From Candidatus Poribacteria bacterium (GTDB taxonomy: Bacteria > Poribacteria > WGA-4E > WGA-3G): a DNA stretch of 64,000 bases. Every line of letters begins with the position of its first letter. Positions within the stretch are counted from its first letter, which is position 1. This document shows positions 1 through 9,158 of the stretch, piece after piece. The stretch is taken from the NCBI GenBank assembly GCA_965242965.1, contig OZ251518.1, positions 4,032,001 through 4,096,000 of the forward strand, written 5' to 3'. Under the pieces are notes generated by a model that saw nothing but the letters and a program-made list of their open reading frames with translations, was not told the DNA's origin and did not search any database. The position numbers were made by a program, and so were the translations under genes.

Positions 1-1
1 C

Positions 2-34
2 CCGTATGAGTTCTACCTCTATCACGATATTTAA
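2..34 (+). CDS. glnA: 3' end of probable type I glutamine synthetase (partial, runs off window)
   Basis: Frame reads PYEFYLYHDI-stop, matching the GlnA C-terminal HPYEF.LYYD motif; lies directly upstream of a PII gene. Confidence 0.7.
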   Translation, partial: PYEFYLYHDI

Positions 35-41
35 GGTGGTT

Positions 42-71
42 CCGGGTGGATTGTTTCGGCAATCCACCCGG
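42..71. terminator. Perfect 12-bp stem hairpin after glnA stop
   Basis: CCGGGTGGATTG-tttcgg-CAATCCACCCGG; no strong U-tract, so may be a stabilising or processing hairpin. Confidence 0.45.
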
Positions 72-80
72 CGTAACCCT

Positions 81-238
81 AACGAATACCGAATTCGTCT
101 CTGTGGTTCGGGTTTGAACGAATACCGAATTCGCCTATGCAGTTTGGTTTGAACGAATACCGAATTCGCCTATGCCGTTCGGGTTTGAACAAATACCGAA
201 TTCGTCTCTGTAGTTCGGGCTCGCCTGAGCCCGAACTC
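81..238. repeat. Four tandem 35-36 bp units (AACGAATACCGAATTCG core) ending in a GTAG palindrome
   Basis: Units start at 81, 117, 152, 188; the last merges into GTAGTTCGGGCTCGCCTGAGCCCGAAC. Confidence 0.85.
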
Positions 239-257
239 TAGAGAAGAGACGATTTAA

Positions 258-608
<351 letters not shown>

Positions 609-659
609 CCTGTAGTGTTTTTGTGGTGCGCGTAGCGGTTCCAGCGCGCCTGAAACGGT

Positions 660-693
660 AAGGACAGGCATACGTTGCCTGTCCTTTCTGTTT
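660..693 (+). terminator. Intrinsic terminator after glnB
   Basis: AAGGACAGGCA-tacgt-TGCCTGTCCTT followed by TCTGTTT. Confidence 0.7.
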
Positions 694-698
694 AACGT

Positions 699-1566
699 GG
701 GGGTGTTTCATAAATCCGTTTTCCCCGGTAGGAGAGACCTCCCGGTCTCGATGTTCCCGCCGGTCTCGATGTTCCCGTAGCGCGGGAGCCTGTCCCCCGC
801 GAGCGTTGAATTGCGCGAGGCATGGCGAGGGGAACCCGCTCGGATGCGCGTGTGGCATCCGAGGGCCCAAGCCCTACGATAAAGTACCGCTTCTTTCCCG
901 TAGCGCGGGGCCTGTCCCCCGCGATCTCCATCGTCACGATGCGTCTTAGGTCCTTTAGGACCTACATGTCTATAGAAAAACGTATCGGCACCTATCAAGG
1001 TCCGTAGGACCTTAATAGGAAAACGCGCGGCACATCAAGACACATTAAGGACCTAAAGGACCTTAAAGCTCTTCGCAGCCTGACGTGCTATAGACATTAA
1101 GGTCCTACGGACCTAAAGAGACGTTTTTTTCGTAGCGCGAGGCATGGCGAGGGACAGGCCCTCGCCCTACGGTGAAAAGGGGCCGTTCTGCGGCCAAGAA
1201 ACCGTCCGGTTACCGTAGCGCGGGGGCCTGTCCCCCGCGACCGTCCCGTAGGAGAGCCCTCCCGGTCTCGATGCAACCTAAAAGAGCGGTTCGGTGGACC
1301 ACAGCATGGCGAGGGGAACCCTCTCGCATGCGCGTGTGGCATGCGAGGGCCCAAGCCCTATGGTGAAAAGGGGGCCGTGCTGCGGCCAAAAAACCGTCCG
1401 GTTACCGTAGCGCGGGGGCCTGTCCCCCGCGATCGCCATCGTCACGATGCGTCTTAGGTCCTACAGCCCTAATAGCACGCGCGCCGTTTTTTTTCGTTCT
1501 CCCCTCTCTGTAGTTTGTGATCGCCTGATCACAAACGGGTCAAGATCGGGCGATCTTGACCTACAG
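699..1566. repeat. Large mosaic of GTAG-family REP-like palindromes plus AGGWCC palindromic element, starting with a MITE-type end
   Basis: Multiple GTAGCGCGGGGGCCTGTCCCCCGCG, GTAGGAGAGACCTCCCGGTCTCGATG and GCGAGGGACAGGCCCTCGCCCTAC copies; GGGGGTGTTTCATAAATC at 699. Confidence 0.9.
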
Positions 1567-1594
1567 GGGTAAGGGTGGATGTCCATAGCCGCCC

Positions 1595-2959
1595 TTAATC
1601 CCCGGAGGCGCGTTTTAACATTGACGCGACAACCGCCTCCATCGCCGGCACGGTGCCGACAGCAGGCAGCGACGACATCGCCGCCCATGTTTCATAACCT
1701 CCCTCCTGCGTCAATGCCTCGTCTGTGCAGATGTAGCCGATATAACCGTTCGCCAAACTGACGATGAACAGCGGCGCGGCATCCGATGCTGCCTTGATGT
1801 TCACGCCTGTCTCAACAAAAACTTCGCCGGGCAACGCCACAATCGCCGCCTCGCCGAGGCGCAACACTTGGATGGGCGCGGTGAGGTGTTCGGGTAACTT
1901 CGCCACGCGCTGGCATTCCATAGCGTAAATGTCAACTAACGTCTTCGGAATCGGTTGTCCGACTACCCAACTAAACGGACCGGTTTCGTAATCGTCATAA
2001 GTGCCGGGTGGCACAGATAAGATTCGTTCGGCGAGCCCGAGGTCTTCGGCGGTGATGCTTTTGCGCCGGAACTTCAACGTGCGCAATTCGCCGCTGAGCG
2101 GCAGCGTCTCGTGCATCTCCATGAACTGCATCTCGGTGATAAAATGCCCGGCGAGGACGTTCGCCATCTTCTCTGCCTGCCGATGTCCGCGCGTTGTCCA
2201 TTTCCGTTTCCCACTGAAATCAGTGTTATTAATCTGTCCCGACGCGGCGTTCCATAGTAGCGAGACGCGCGTCTCTCCCAGATAGCGTTGCATCAGCCTC
2301 CCGAAATGCCCGAAGTAGTCCGCGGAGAGCGCGTTGCCGTTGTCCGTGCCGATGTAATGCAGCGAGAAGTTGGCGACGGCGGACAGCGGCGTGCCATCCT
2401 CAGCCTCCACGAACATCATTGTTAACTCGGGGTCGATCTTGCCGGTAGGGCGAACCAGGTCTGGGTATTCAACTCCAGGGTTCATTCTCACGGTGCCATC
2501 TTTGACATGCCACCGTCGGTTGAAAGTGATGCGTTCTTCATTGACGCTGGCAAATCCTACCCGCGCCGGTGTCAGTCGCCAGACAGCTAATTCCACGGCA
2601 TCGGCGATTTTCAGCGGCACCCATTCGGTATAATCGGTATCCTCTGGGGTGCCAAGCAGGTTGGCGATTGCGACAGCGGTATGCGTATGCGTGGCGTTTA
2701 CCATCACATGGTTAGCGGGGATACCGCACCTATCGGCGATGCGTTGCTTGGCGCAGTCCACCATCTGCTCCGTAACGGCGATGAGATCACAAGTTACCAA
2801 GGCGATGCGAGTTTCGCCGTTATCAAGCACAACGGCTTTCGCGAAGAGTTCGTCGTCAACATTTTCGGCGTAACGCGCCCGAAAGCCGCCGGGTATCGCT
2901 GTACCGAGGGGCGGCGTGATATTCGCGGTGGCACTGCCGGCTTTGAGTGTCGTTGGCAT
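1595..2959 (-). CDS. Neutral/alkaline ceramidase-like metallohydrolase
   Basis: 454 aa; NITPP, DELFAKAVVL, NATHTH, NFSLH, SADY, LPGEVF and LANGYIGY...GGYE motifs. Confidence 0.8.
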   Translation of the reverse strand: MPTTLKAGSATANITPPLGTAIPGGFRARYAENVDDELFAKAVVLDNGETRIALVTCDLIAVTEQMVDCAKQRIADRCGIPANHVMVNATHTHTAVAIANLLGTPEDTDYTEWVPLKIADAVELAVWRLTPARVGFASVNEERITFNRRWHVKDGTVRMNPGVEYPDLVRPTGKIDPELTMMFVEAEDGTPLSAVANFSLHYIGTDNGNALSADYFGHFGRLMQRYLGETRVSLLWNAASGQINNTDFSGKRKWTTRGHRQAEKMANVLAGHFITEMQFMEMHETLPLSGELRTLKFRRKSITAEDLGLAERILSVPPGTYDDYETGPFSWVVGQPIPKTLVDIYAMECQRVAKLPEHLTAPIQVLRLGEAAIVALPGEVFVETGVNIKAASDAAPLFIVSLANGYIGYICTDEALTQEGGYETWAAMSSLPAVGTVPAMEAVVASMLKRASGD

Positions 2960-3103
2960 GTGTCCGGTCTCCTTTTGGCGTTTTGTCTATTCTAACAGAT
3001 TTTAACAAAATGCTGTAGAGAAGATTTTCAGATATAGGGCGGTTCGTTCGTAAAACTTTCCAAAGAAAATTATTTTTTGGTGGATTTTTTTTGGGGGATT
3101 TAT

Positions 3104-3131
3104 GGTACCTTTTGCGGGATAAGCACGTCTA
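3104..3131 (+). promoter_or_regulatory. ECF-type promoter, copy 1
   Basis: GGTACC-N16-CGTCTA upstream of gene 3267. Confidence 0.75.
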
Positions 3132-3266
3132 GTGTTTTTAAAAGCGTGTAGTCGTCACTTCCTTTCCGCCGTGCATAGGAATAAACAGTCGTTTTCATTT
3201 TTAACCCAGCGCGGGTGTTGTTCACCGTTGAGCAACATCCGTCTCCATCTATAGGAGTTTAGAACG

Positions 3267-4352
3267 ATGAAGATCAGACCACTACCTGTCATCGGTATCA
3301 TCGCTATAGCCCTGGTCATCGGTGTCGTCGGCTGGTTTGCGCTTAACAAGCCGCCGACGGAACCTGTGAGGATATACAAAGCCAGCGTTCCTGCACAAAA
3401 AGTTGGGCAGCAGGCAACCGAATTGACACAAACCCAAAAGGACGAGGAAGCCCAGGAAGAGGTTCAGCAAACGAGAGACAGGATGCTCGCTACGCTTGGA
3501 GCTTTGGGCGTGAAGACTGACGAACCTTATTGGCAAGAGTTCGCAAAAGTGCTGGAATCGCCAGCATTTGCCGAATACCAGAAAGCGCAAGCGAAGAGAG
3601 CCCCTGGCACCAATCTCAGTCTCTGGTGGGACTTCCTTGAATCCCAAGGCCGCACCTCCGGTAGAATTGCACAGGAAAGACAGTTCCGGGAACACTTTCC
3701 AACGGGGGACTACGCCGATTATGAACCGATGATGCGGCAGCGTCTGGCGGCACTCTTCCTGGCCGCAGAACCGCCTGAGGAAGGAACTACCGCGTTCATG
3801 CATACGCTAAATATCATGACAGAGTTTCGTAGAGAAGACGACGCGCAGCGTGTCTGGATGCGGGGGCACTTCAATGGCTACGATGGAGACTTGGCCTGGG
3901 CTGACGAGGTGCGGCAGAATGCCGCAAGCATTGTCGCTGAAGCAACCCAAATGCCCCTGGATACGGCACCGGAGTTGCCAGTTCCAAGTGCCACGCCTCC
4001 AAACCTAACGGATGTCAGTGGCGAGAATAGAGATATGGCCCCCGAGTCCCCTGCCCTCAGCGGAGACACACCATCTTTCGGAACTCTCGTGCCGCTGCCA
4101 GAAACCATCGAAGACGTTGAGACTGAACTGCTGGAACAGTTCAGTCCCGAAACACCCGAACTACCGAGGCTCCCGACTGAGGCAGATTTTGAAACCGTGC
4201 TGCGTGAACAGCTGCCACCGTCGCGATTCCAGAGTGCCATGCAAATCTTGGATCGCGACGGACTGGAAGCAGGGCTCCGGCACCTCAGGATAGCAGATCC
4301 GGAAGTTGCAGCACGCCTTGAACGCCTCATTCAGCAGAAACAGGAGGAATAA
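3267..4352 (+). CDS. Uncharacterised membrane-anchored protein, family A copy 1
   Basis: 361 aa; N-terminal hydrophobic helix; paralogous to 5672 and 9159 (LWWDFLESQG, FREHFPTG.Y.DYEPMMR, WMRG.FNGYDGD); AGGAG RBS. Confidence 0.85.
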   Translation: MKIRPLPVIGIIAIALVIGVVGWFALNKPPTEPVRIYKASVPAQKVGQQATELTQTQKDEEAQEEVQQTRDRMLATLGALGVKTDEPYWQEFAKVLESPAFAEYQKAQAKRAPGTNLSLWWDFLESQGRTSGRIAQERQFREHFPTGDYADYEPMMRQRLAALFLAAEPPEEGTTAFMHTLNIMTEFRREDDAQRVWMRGHFNGYDGDLAWADEVRQNAASIVAEATQMPLDTAPELPVPSATPPNLTDVSGENRDMAPESPALSGDTPSFGTLVPLPETIEDVETELLEQFSPETPELPRLPTEADFETVLREQLPPSRFQSAMQILDRDGLEAGLRHLRIADPEVAARLERLIQQKQEE

Positions 4353-4493
4353 ACAGCGTATTCTCTTTTTGCTGTCAATAAGGGGAAACGCTAGGGCTAC
4401 CACAAATGCCATAAGAATTCCCGGGGGCGCGCTGCCAAGGCGCGCTCACCGGATTCGTTCTACGGCAGTTCAATTTCTTAAGGGAGGTATTTC

Positions 4494-5273
4494 ATGAAAA
4501 TCGTAACATCGCTCTGCCTGCTCTTTTTAATCACTGGGGGATTGCTAGGTGCAGCGACGGAATACAAGCATGCCGAGACAGCACCGACACGGCTTGAAAA
4601 AGAGACATTCGCGCGCCTGAAAAAGAAGTTCCCCAGTGCTATACTGGATAGGCACCTGAAAACCCTGCGCGAACTCGCCGAGAGTCCAGCGTATCTCAAC
4701 TTCCTATCGGTAAAGTATCCGCACCTCGCGCCCTTTAACGCGTTTGCGGATGTCGCCGACAACGTCGTCCCTGCCAAAACGCGCTACTTAACATTCTGTC
4801 GAGAACATCTCGGTATTTCGACAGCGGCGGAAATAACCGATAATGAACAGTTTGTCATACATCACGTCGTCACAGCGAGTTGGCATACTCACGCGCACCA
4901 CCGCAGTGGTGAAAAAGCGACGTACCCGGGCAAAGTGAGTCGTCCAGGCGTAGGAATCCTTAGCGAACCAGAAGGAAGAAAACTGCTGGAACGCCGATTG
5001 GGTATCCCATCCACCGATAAACTGACCCCATTGGAGTGGCACCTCACTTTCAAGGTGTTTATGTATATTGTGCCGATAGCCGAAGCACACCTCATGGAGG
5101 ATATCCGTTGGGTAAAGACGCTGTTTGAAAAACATGGGCAATCCGAGGGGATGTTGTGGGTGGCCGTGCAGGATCCGATTCTGTTTGATAGGATTCTTCA
5201 CACGTTTAGCACGGACACCACGTTCCTCAAATGTCTTTATGAACCGATTGAGGACAACCGTGACAAACGTTAG
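4494..5273 (+). CDS. Uncharacterised secreted protein, family B copy 1
   Basis: 259 aa; Sec-type signal peptide; paralogous to 7297 and 10276; GGAGG RBS. Confidence 0.85.
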   Translation: MKIVTSLCLLFLITGGLLGAATEYKHAETAPTRLEKETFARLKKKFPSAILDRHLKTLRELAESPAYLNFLSVKYPHLAPFNAFADVADNVVPAKTRYLTFCREHLGISTAAEITDNEQFVIHHVVTASWHTHAHHRSGEKATYPGKVSRPGVGILSEPEGRKLLERRLGIPSTDKLTPLEWHLTFKVFMYIVPIAEAHLMEDIRWVKTLFEKHGQSEGMLWVAVQDPILFDRILHTFSTDTTFLKCLYEPIEDNRDKR

Positions 5274-5552
5274 CGCATGCAGCGTGAAACAACGTAACGG
5301 GAACGCTCTGAACCTTCAAGACGAAGAAAAAACGTGCCGCATACCGTAGGGCGAGGGCCTGTCCCTCGCCAGGCTCTGGGGCACGCCAGCGATCGCGGGG
5401 GACAGGCCCCCGCGCTACGGGCCAGGGAGGAGTTCTCCTCGGCGATCGCGGGGGACAGGCCCCCGCGCTACGGGCCAGGGAGGAGTTCTCCTCGCCATGC
5501 GCCGTTCGGGATCAGGCGATTCAACAGAAAATCATTTTTTTCGTGGCTTTAT

Positions 5553-5580
5553 GGTACCTTTTGCGTAATAAACACGTCTA
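5553..5580 (+). promoter_or_regulatory. ECF-type promoter, copy 2
   Basis: GGTACC-N16-CGTCTA upstream of gene 5672. Confidence 0.75.
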
Positions 5581-5671
5581 GTGTTTTTAAAAGCGTGTAT
5601 TCGTCATGCGATTTCCATTTTACGAGGGACGGATTTTGTCCATCTAAACCCTCTCTAACAGGAGAATAGCA

Positions 5672-6739
5672 ATGAACATCAAACCAATGCATGTCGTCGG
5701 CATCCTCATGATACTGGCCGTCGGCATCTGTGCAATCAGCGTGCTTTTCCTCACGTCGGAAGAAAAAGCACCGGTGGTGACATACAAAACCACCGTTCCG
5801 AAATCTCAGGCTGCCGAGTCTGCCGACAGCCGCAGTGAAGCGACGTTAAAAGAACGGGCAGAAACCTCCAAGGAACGTATCTTGGCGAGTATGCAGATGC
5901 ACGGGATGGAGGCTGATCCCGCTCGTCTACAAGCGATGGAGAGAGCCTTAGCATCTCCGGCCTATCTTGAATATCTGAGAAAGCAAGATGCTGTCTTCCC
6001 AGGGTTTAATCTAGGCCTCTGGTGGGACTTCTTGGAATCTCAAGGGGTTTCTTCATCCGGAAGGCAGTTGCAGGAAGAAAATTTCCGCGAGCACTTTCCA
6101 ACCGGCGACTACGCCGATTATGAACCGATGATGCGGCACAACCTCGCCGAACTTTTTCTAGAGACAGAGCCACCCGAAGATCCAACGGATAAACGGGAGA
6201 TGCGACAGTATACCCTCGCTGTCATGGGCATGTTTCGTAAGGATTGGGCGAACAAGATTTGGATGCGCGGATACTTCAACGGCTACGATGGCGATGTCGC
6301 CTGGGCTGACACTATCCGTCAGAACGCGGAAAGCATCGTGGCAGCGGGACCCGCAGCAGTGACAGATGCCTCATCCCTGTTGACAGATCCGGCAGTCACT
6401 ACCGTGACGAGTCTGACAGATGTTGCTGAAGAGCCTCAAGACGCGCAACCGGCGCAGCGCAATGAAAACACGCTGTTTGAAGAGGCAGCGCAGCAGTCAC
6501 AGAACCTGGCAGACGTTGAGGGAAAACCGACAGAACTTTTCACCCTGCCTGAGCTCCCTACTGAGGGGAGTCTTGAAAAGGCACTGCGGCAACAAGTGTC
6601 ACCGGAACGGTTCAACCGCGCTATTGATATCTTGAATCGCTACGGACCTCGGGAGGGCATCCGCCGCCTTAAGGAAGCAGACCCGGGTGCTGCGGCACAG
6701 GTTGAACGCTTTCTTCAGCGAAAACAAGAGGATAACTGA
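5672..6739 (+). CDS. Uncharacterised membrane-anchored protein, family A copy 2
   Basis: 355 aa; same conserved blocks as 3267; stop TGA overlaps a MITE-type end. Confidence 0.85.
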   Translation: MNIKPMHVVGILMILAVGICAISVLFLTSEEKAPVVTYKTTVPKSQAAESADSRSEATLKERAETSKERILASMQMHGMEADPARLQAMERALASPAYLEYLRKQDAVFPGFNLGLWWDFLESQGVSSSGRQLQEENFREHFPTGDYADYEPMMRHNLAELFLETEPPEDPTDKREMRQYTLAVMGMFRKDWANKIWMRGYFNGYDGDVAWADTIRQNAESIVAAGPAAVTDASSLLTDPAVTTVTSLTDVAEEPQDAQPAQRNENTLFEEAAQQSQNLADVEGKPTELFTLPELPTEGSLEKALRQQVSPERFNRAIDILNRYGPREGIRRLKEADPGAAAQVERFLQRKQEDN

Positions 6740-7215
6740 GGGTGTTTCATATTTCGATGTGTTCGGTAGGAGAGCCCTCGGGGCTCGATGTTCCCGTAGC
6801 GCGGGGGCCTGTCCCCCGCGATCTCCATCGTCTCAATGTGCCCGTAGCGCGGGGTCCTGTCCCCCGCGCGCGTTGGATTCCGCGAGCGATGGCGAGGGAA
6901 ACCCGCTCGCATGCGCGTGTGGCATCCGAGGGCCCTCGCCCTACGGTGAGGGGGGGGCATTTTTTATCGTAGCGCGGGGGCCTGTCCCCCGCGATCTCCA
7001 TCGGCATGATGTGTGTTTCCGCTTCTGTAGTTTGTGATCGCCTGATCACAAACGGGTCAGGATCAGGCGATCCTGACTTACAGGGCCTGGCACACGCACG
7101 ATGGCGAGGGAAACCCGCGATCGCCATCGTCAAAGTATGTTTTTAAGTCCTTTAGCACCTACATGTCTATCGCACCACGTGTCGTGCCGTTTTCAAGGGC
7201 CTTTAGGTCCTTGAT
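6738..7215. repeat. REP mosaic beginning with MITE-type end GAGGGTGTTTCAT (no matching right end seen)
   Basis: Terminal repeat at 6738 followed by GTAG palindromes and a degenerate AGGWCC element. Confidence 0.75.
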
Positions 7216-7296
7216 AAAAAAACGCGCGGCCCTAGCAAAAACTATTAAGGTGAGCGAAGACCTGTCCCTCGCGCACCTGAAAACGGAGGCACACTC

Positions 7297-8118
7297 ATGA
7301 AAATCGTAACCGTCCTCTGCTTGCTCGTTTGGTTCGCCACGGCGGCGGAAAACTCGCAATCGGAACCTGTCACGCGAGGGCCCGCGGTATATCAGCATGC
7401 TGAGAGAGCCCCTACGCCGCTTGAAGCCGAAACGTATGCAGCACTCAAACAGCGGTTCCCCGGCGACGTGCTTGACGCGGAACTCCACACACTCCGCGAA
7501 CTCGCTGAGAGCCCCGCATATCTGCAGTTCCTCGAGGAACGATTCCCTACCTCGGCACCCTTTGTGATGTTTGAGGATCTCTTTGACAAGGTGCTGCCGC
7601 CCAAAGCACGTTACCACTCATTCTTTCACGCGCAATTCGGGGTGAAAACGGTGGACGAAATCGGGGATGACGAACATCTGGTAGCGCATCGTTTCGCGTC
7701 CGGCTTCTGGATACTGCCCGCTTATGAACGCGGGGCAGATAAACCGCCGCACATGCGCGCAGGCCGCCACTGGCGCAAGTTGCAGCTGGATATGCGTTCT
7801 TTGCTGCAGCCTGAAGCGCGCAAAATGCTGGAAGCCCGCATCGGCATCAGTGCCGAGGGACGCCTCGGCGGCCCGGGAACCTGGGGACACATCATCCAGA
7901 CCTTCGGGCCCCTTATCAGATTGGCGAGCGTGCACCTTGACGAGGATGTCCGGTGGATAAAAACGCTGTTTGAAAAACACGGGCAATCCGAAGGGATGTT
8001 GTGGGTGGCCGTGCAGGATCCGATTCTGTTTGACAGAATACTCTACGCGTTCAGCACGGACACCACGTTCCTCAAATGTCTTTATGAACCGATTGAGGAC
8101 AACCGTGACAAACGTTAG
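7297..8118 (+). CDS. Uncharacterised secreted protein, family B copy 2
   Basis: 273 aa; signal peptide; C-terminus nearly identical to 4494. Confidence 0.85.
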   Translation: MKIVTVLCLLVWFATAAENSQSEPVTRGPAVYQHAERAPTPLEAETYAALKQRFPGDVLDAELHTLRELAESPAYLQFLEERFPTSAPFVMFEDLFDKVLPPKARYHSFFHAQFGVKTVDEIGDDEHLVAHRFASGFWILPAYERGADKPPHMRAGRHWRKLQLDMRSLLQPEARKMLEARIGISAEGRLGGPGTWGHIIQTFGPLIRLASVHLDEDVRWIKTLFEKHGQSEGMLWVAVQDPILFDRILYAFSTDTTFLKCLYEPIEDNRDKR

Positions 8119-8211
8119 CGCATGCAGCGTGAAACAACGTAACGGGAACGCTCTGAACCTTCAAGGACGAAGCAACCTCTTTTTTTGCTGGCTTTATGGT
8201 ACCTTTTGCGT

Positions 8212-8503
8212 GAGGGTGTTTCATAAATCGCTCAACAAGGGGCCGTTTTTTTCACCGTAGCGCGGGGGCCTGTCCCCCGCGAGCGTTGGGGTGTGCGAAC
8301 GATGACGAGGGACAGGCCCTCGCCCTACGGTGACCGAGCCGCCCTCCTCTGTAGGTGGAGATCGTCTGAAGCTCTGGCATGTTTGCCAAGCGATCTTGAC
8401 CCGTTCGGGAGCAGGTGCTCCCGAACTACGGTCTCTCGCATGCGCGATGCATCGAGACCAGGAGGTCTCTCCTACCGGGGAAAACGATTTATGAAACACC
8501 CTC
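8212..8503. mobile_element. MITE-like REP-mosaic element
   Basis: Ends GAGGGTGTTTCATAAATC...GATTTATGAAACACCCTC; no target-site duplication visible. Confidence 0.7.
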
Positions 8504-8691
8504 AATTAACTATATCCTAGCATTTTTCCGCCTTTGTTTGTGTCAAGAGCGGGAGAAAAAATTGCATTTTATGCAACCTTTTCCACTTGAATTCGCGTCA
8601 TTATATAGTGACAACTGAGAAGTGCTCAGCATGTTCGGATATGGAAAAACCAAATGCGAAAAGGCGGCTGCACCTCGTGCCGCCGCTAGTT

Positions 8692-9012
8692 TTGGATTAC
8701 GCGAGCGATGGCGAGGGGAACCCGCTCGGATGCGCGTGTGGCATCCGAGGGCCCTCGCCCTACGGTGAGGGGGGCGTTTTTTATCGTAGCGCGGGGGCCT
8801 GTCCCCCGCGAGCGTTGGATTATGCGAGCGATGGCGAGGGGAACCCGCTCGGATGCGCGTGTGGCATCCGAGGGCCCTCGCCCTACGGTGAGGGGGGCGT
8901 TTTTTATCGTAGCGCGGGGGCCTGTCCCCCGCGAGCGTTGGAGTGCGCGGACGCTGGCGAGGGGAACCCGCTCGCCTGCGCGTGTGGAAACCTGCGAGGG
9001 CCCAAGCCCTAC
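8692..9012. repeat. About 2.6 tandem ~123-bp REP doublet units
   Basis: Near-identical units starting at about 8692, 8815 and 8937. Confidence 0.85.
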
Positions 9013-9158
9013 GATGCACGTCTAGTCTTTTTAAAAGCGTGCATTATCACTTCCTTTCCGCCGTGCAGTGGAAGATGGAAACGTTTTTTATAGATTAAGT
9101 TACAGCGGATGTTGCGCCATCTGGAGCAACATCCGCTGCCTATCCAGGAGTCAAAACC

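Noticed and set aside
81-238. CRISPR array
   Set aside because: Period is only 35-36 bp, the variable parts recur and are too short for spacers, and no cas genes are present.
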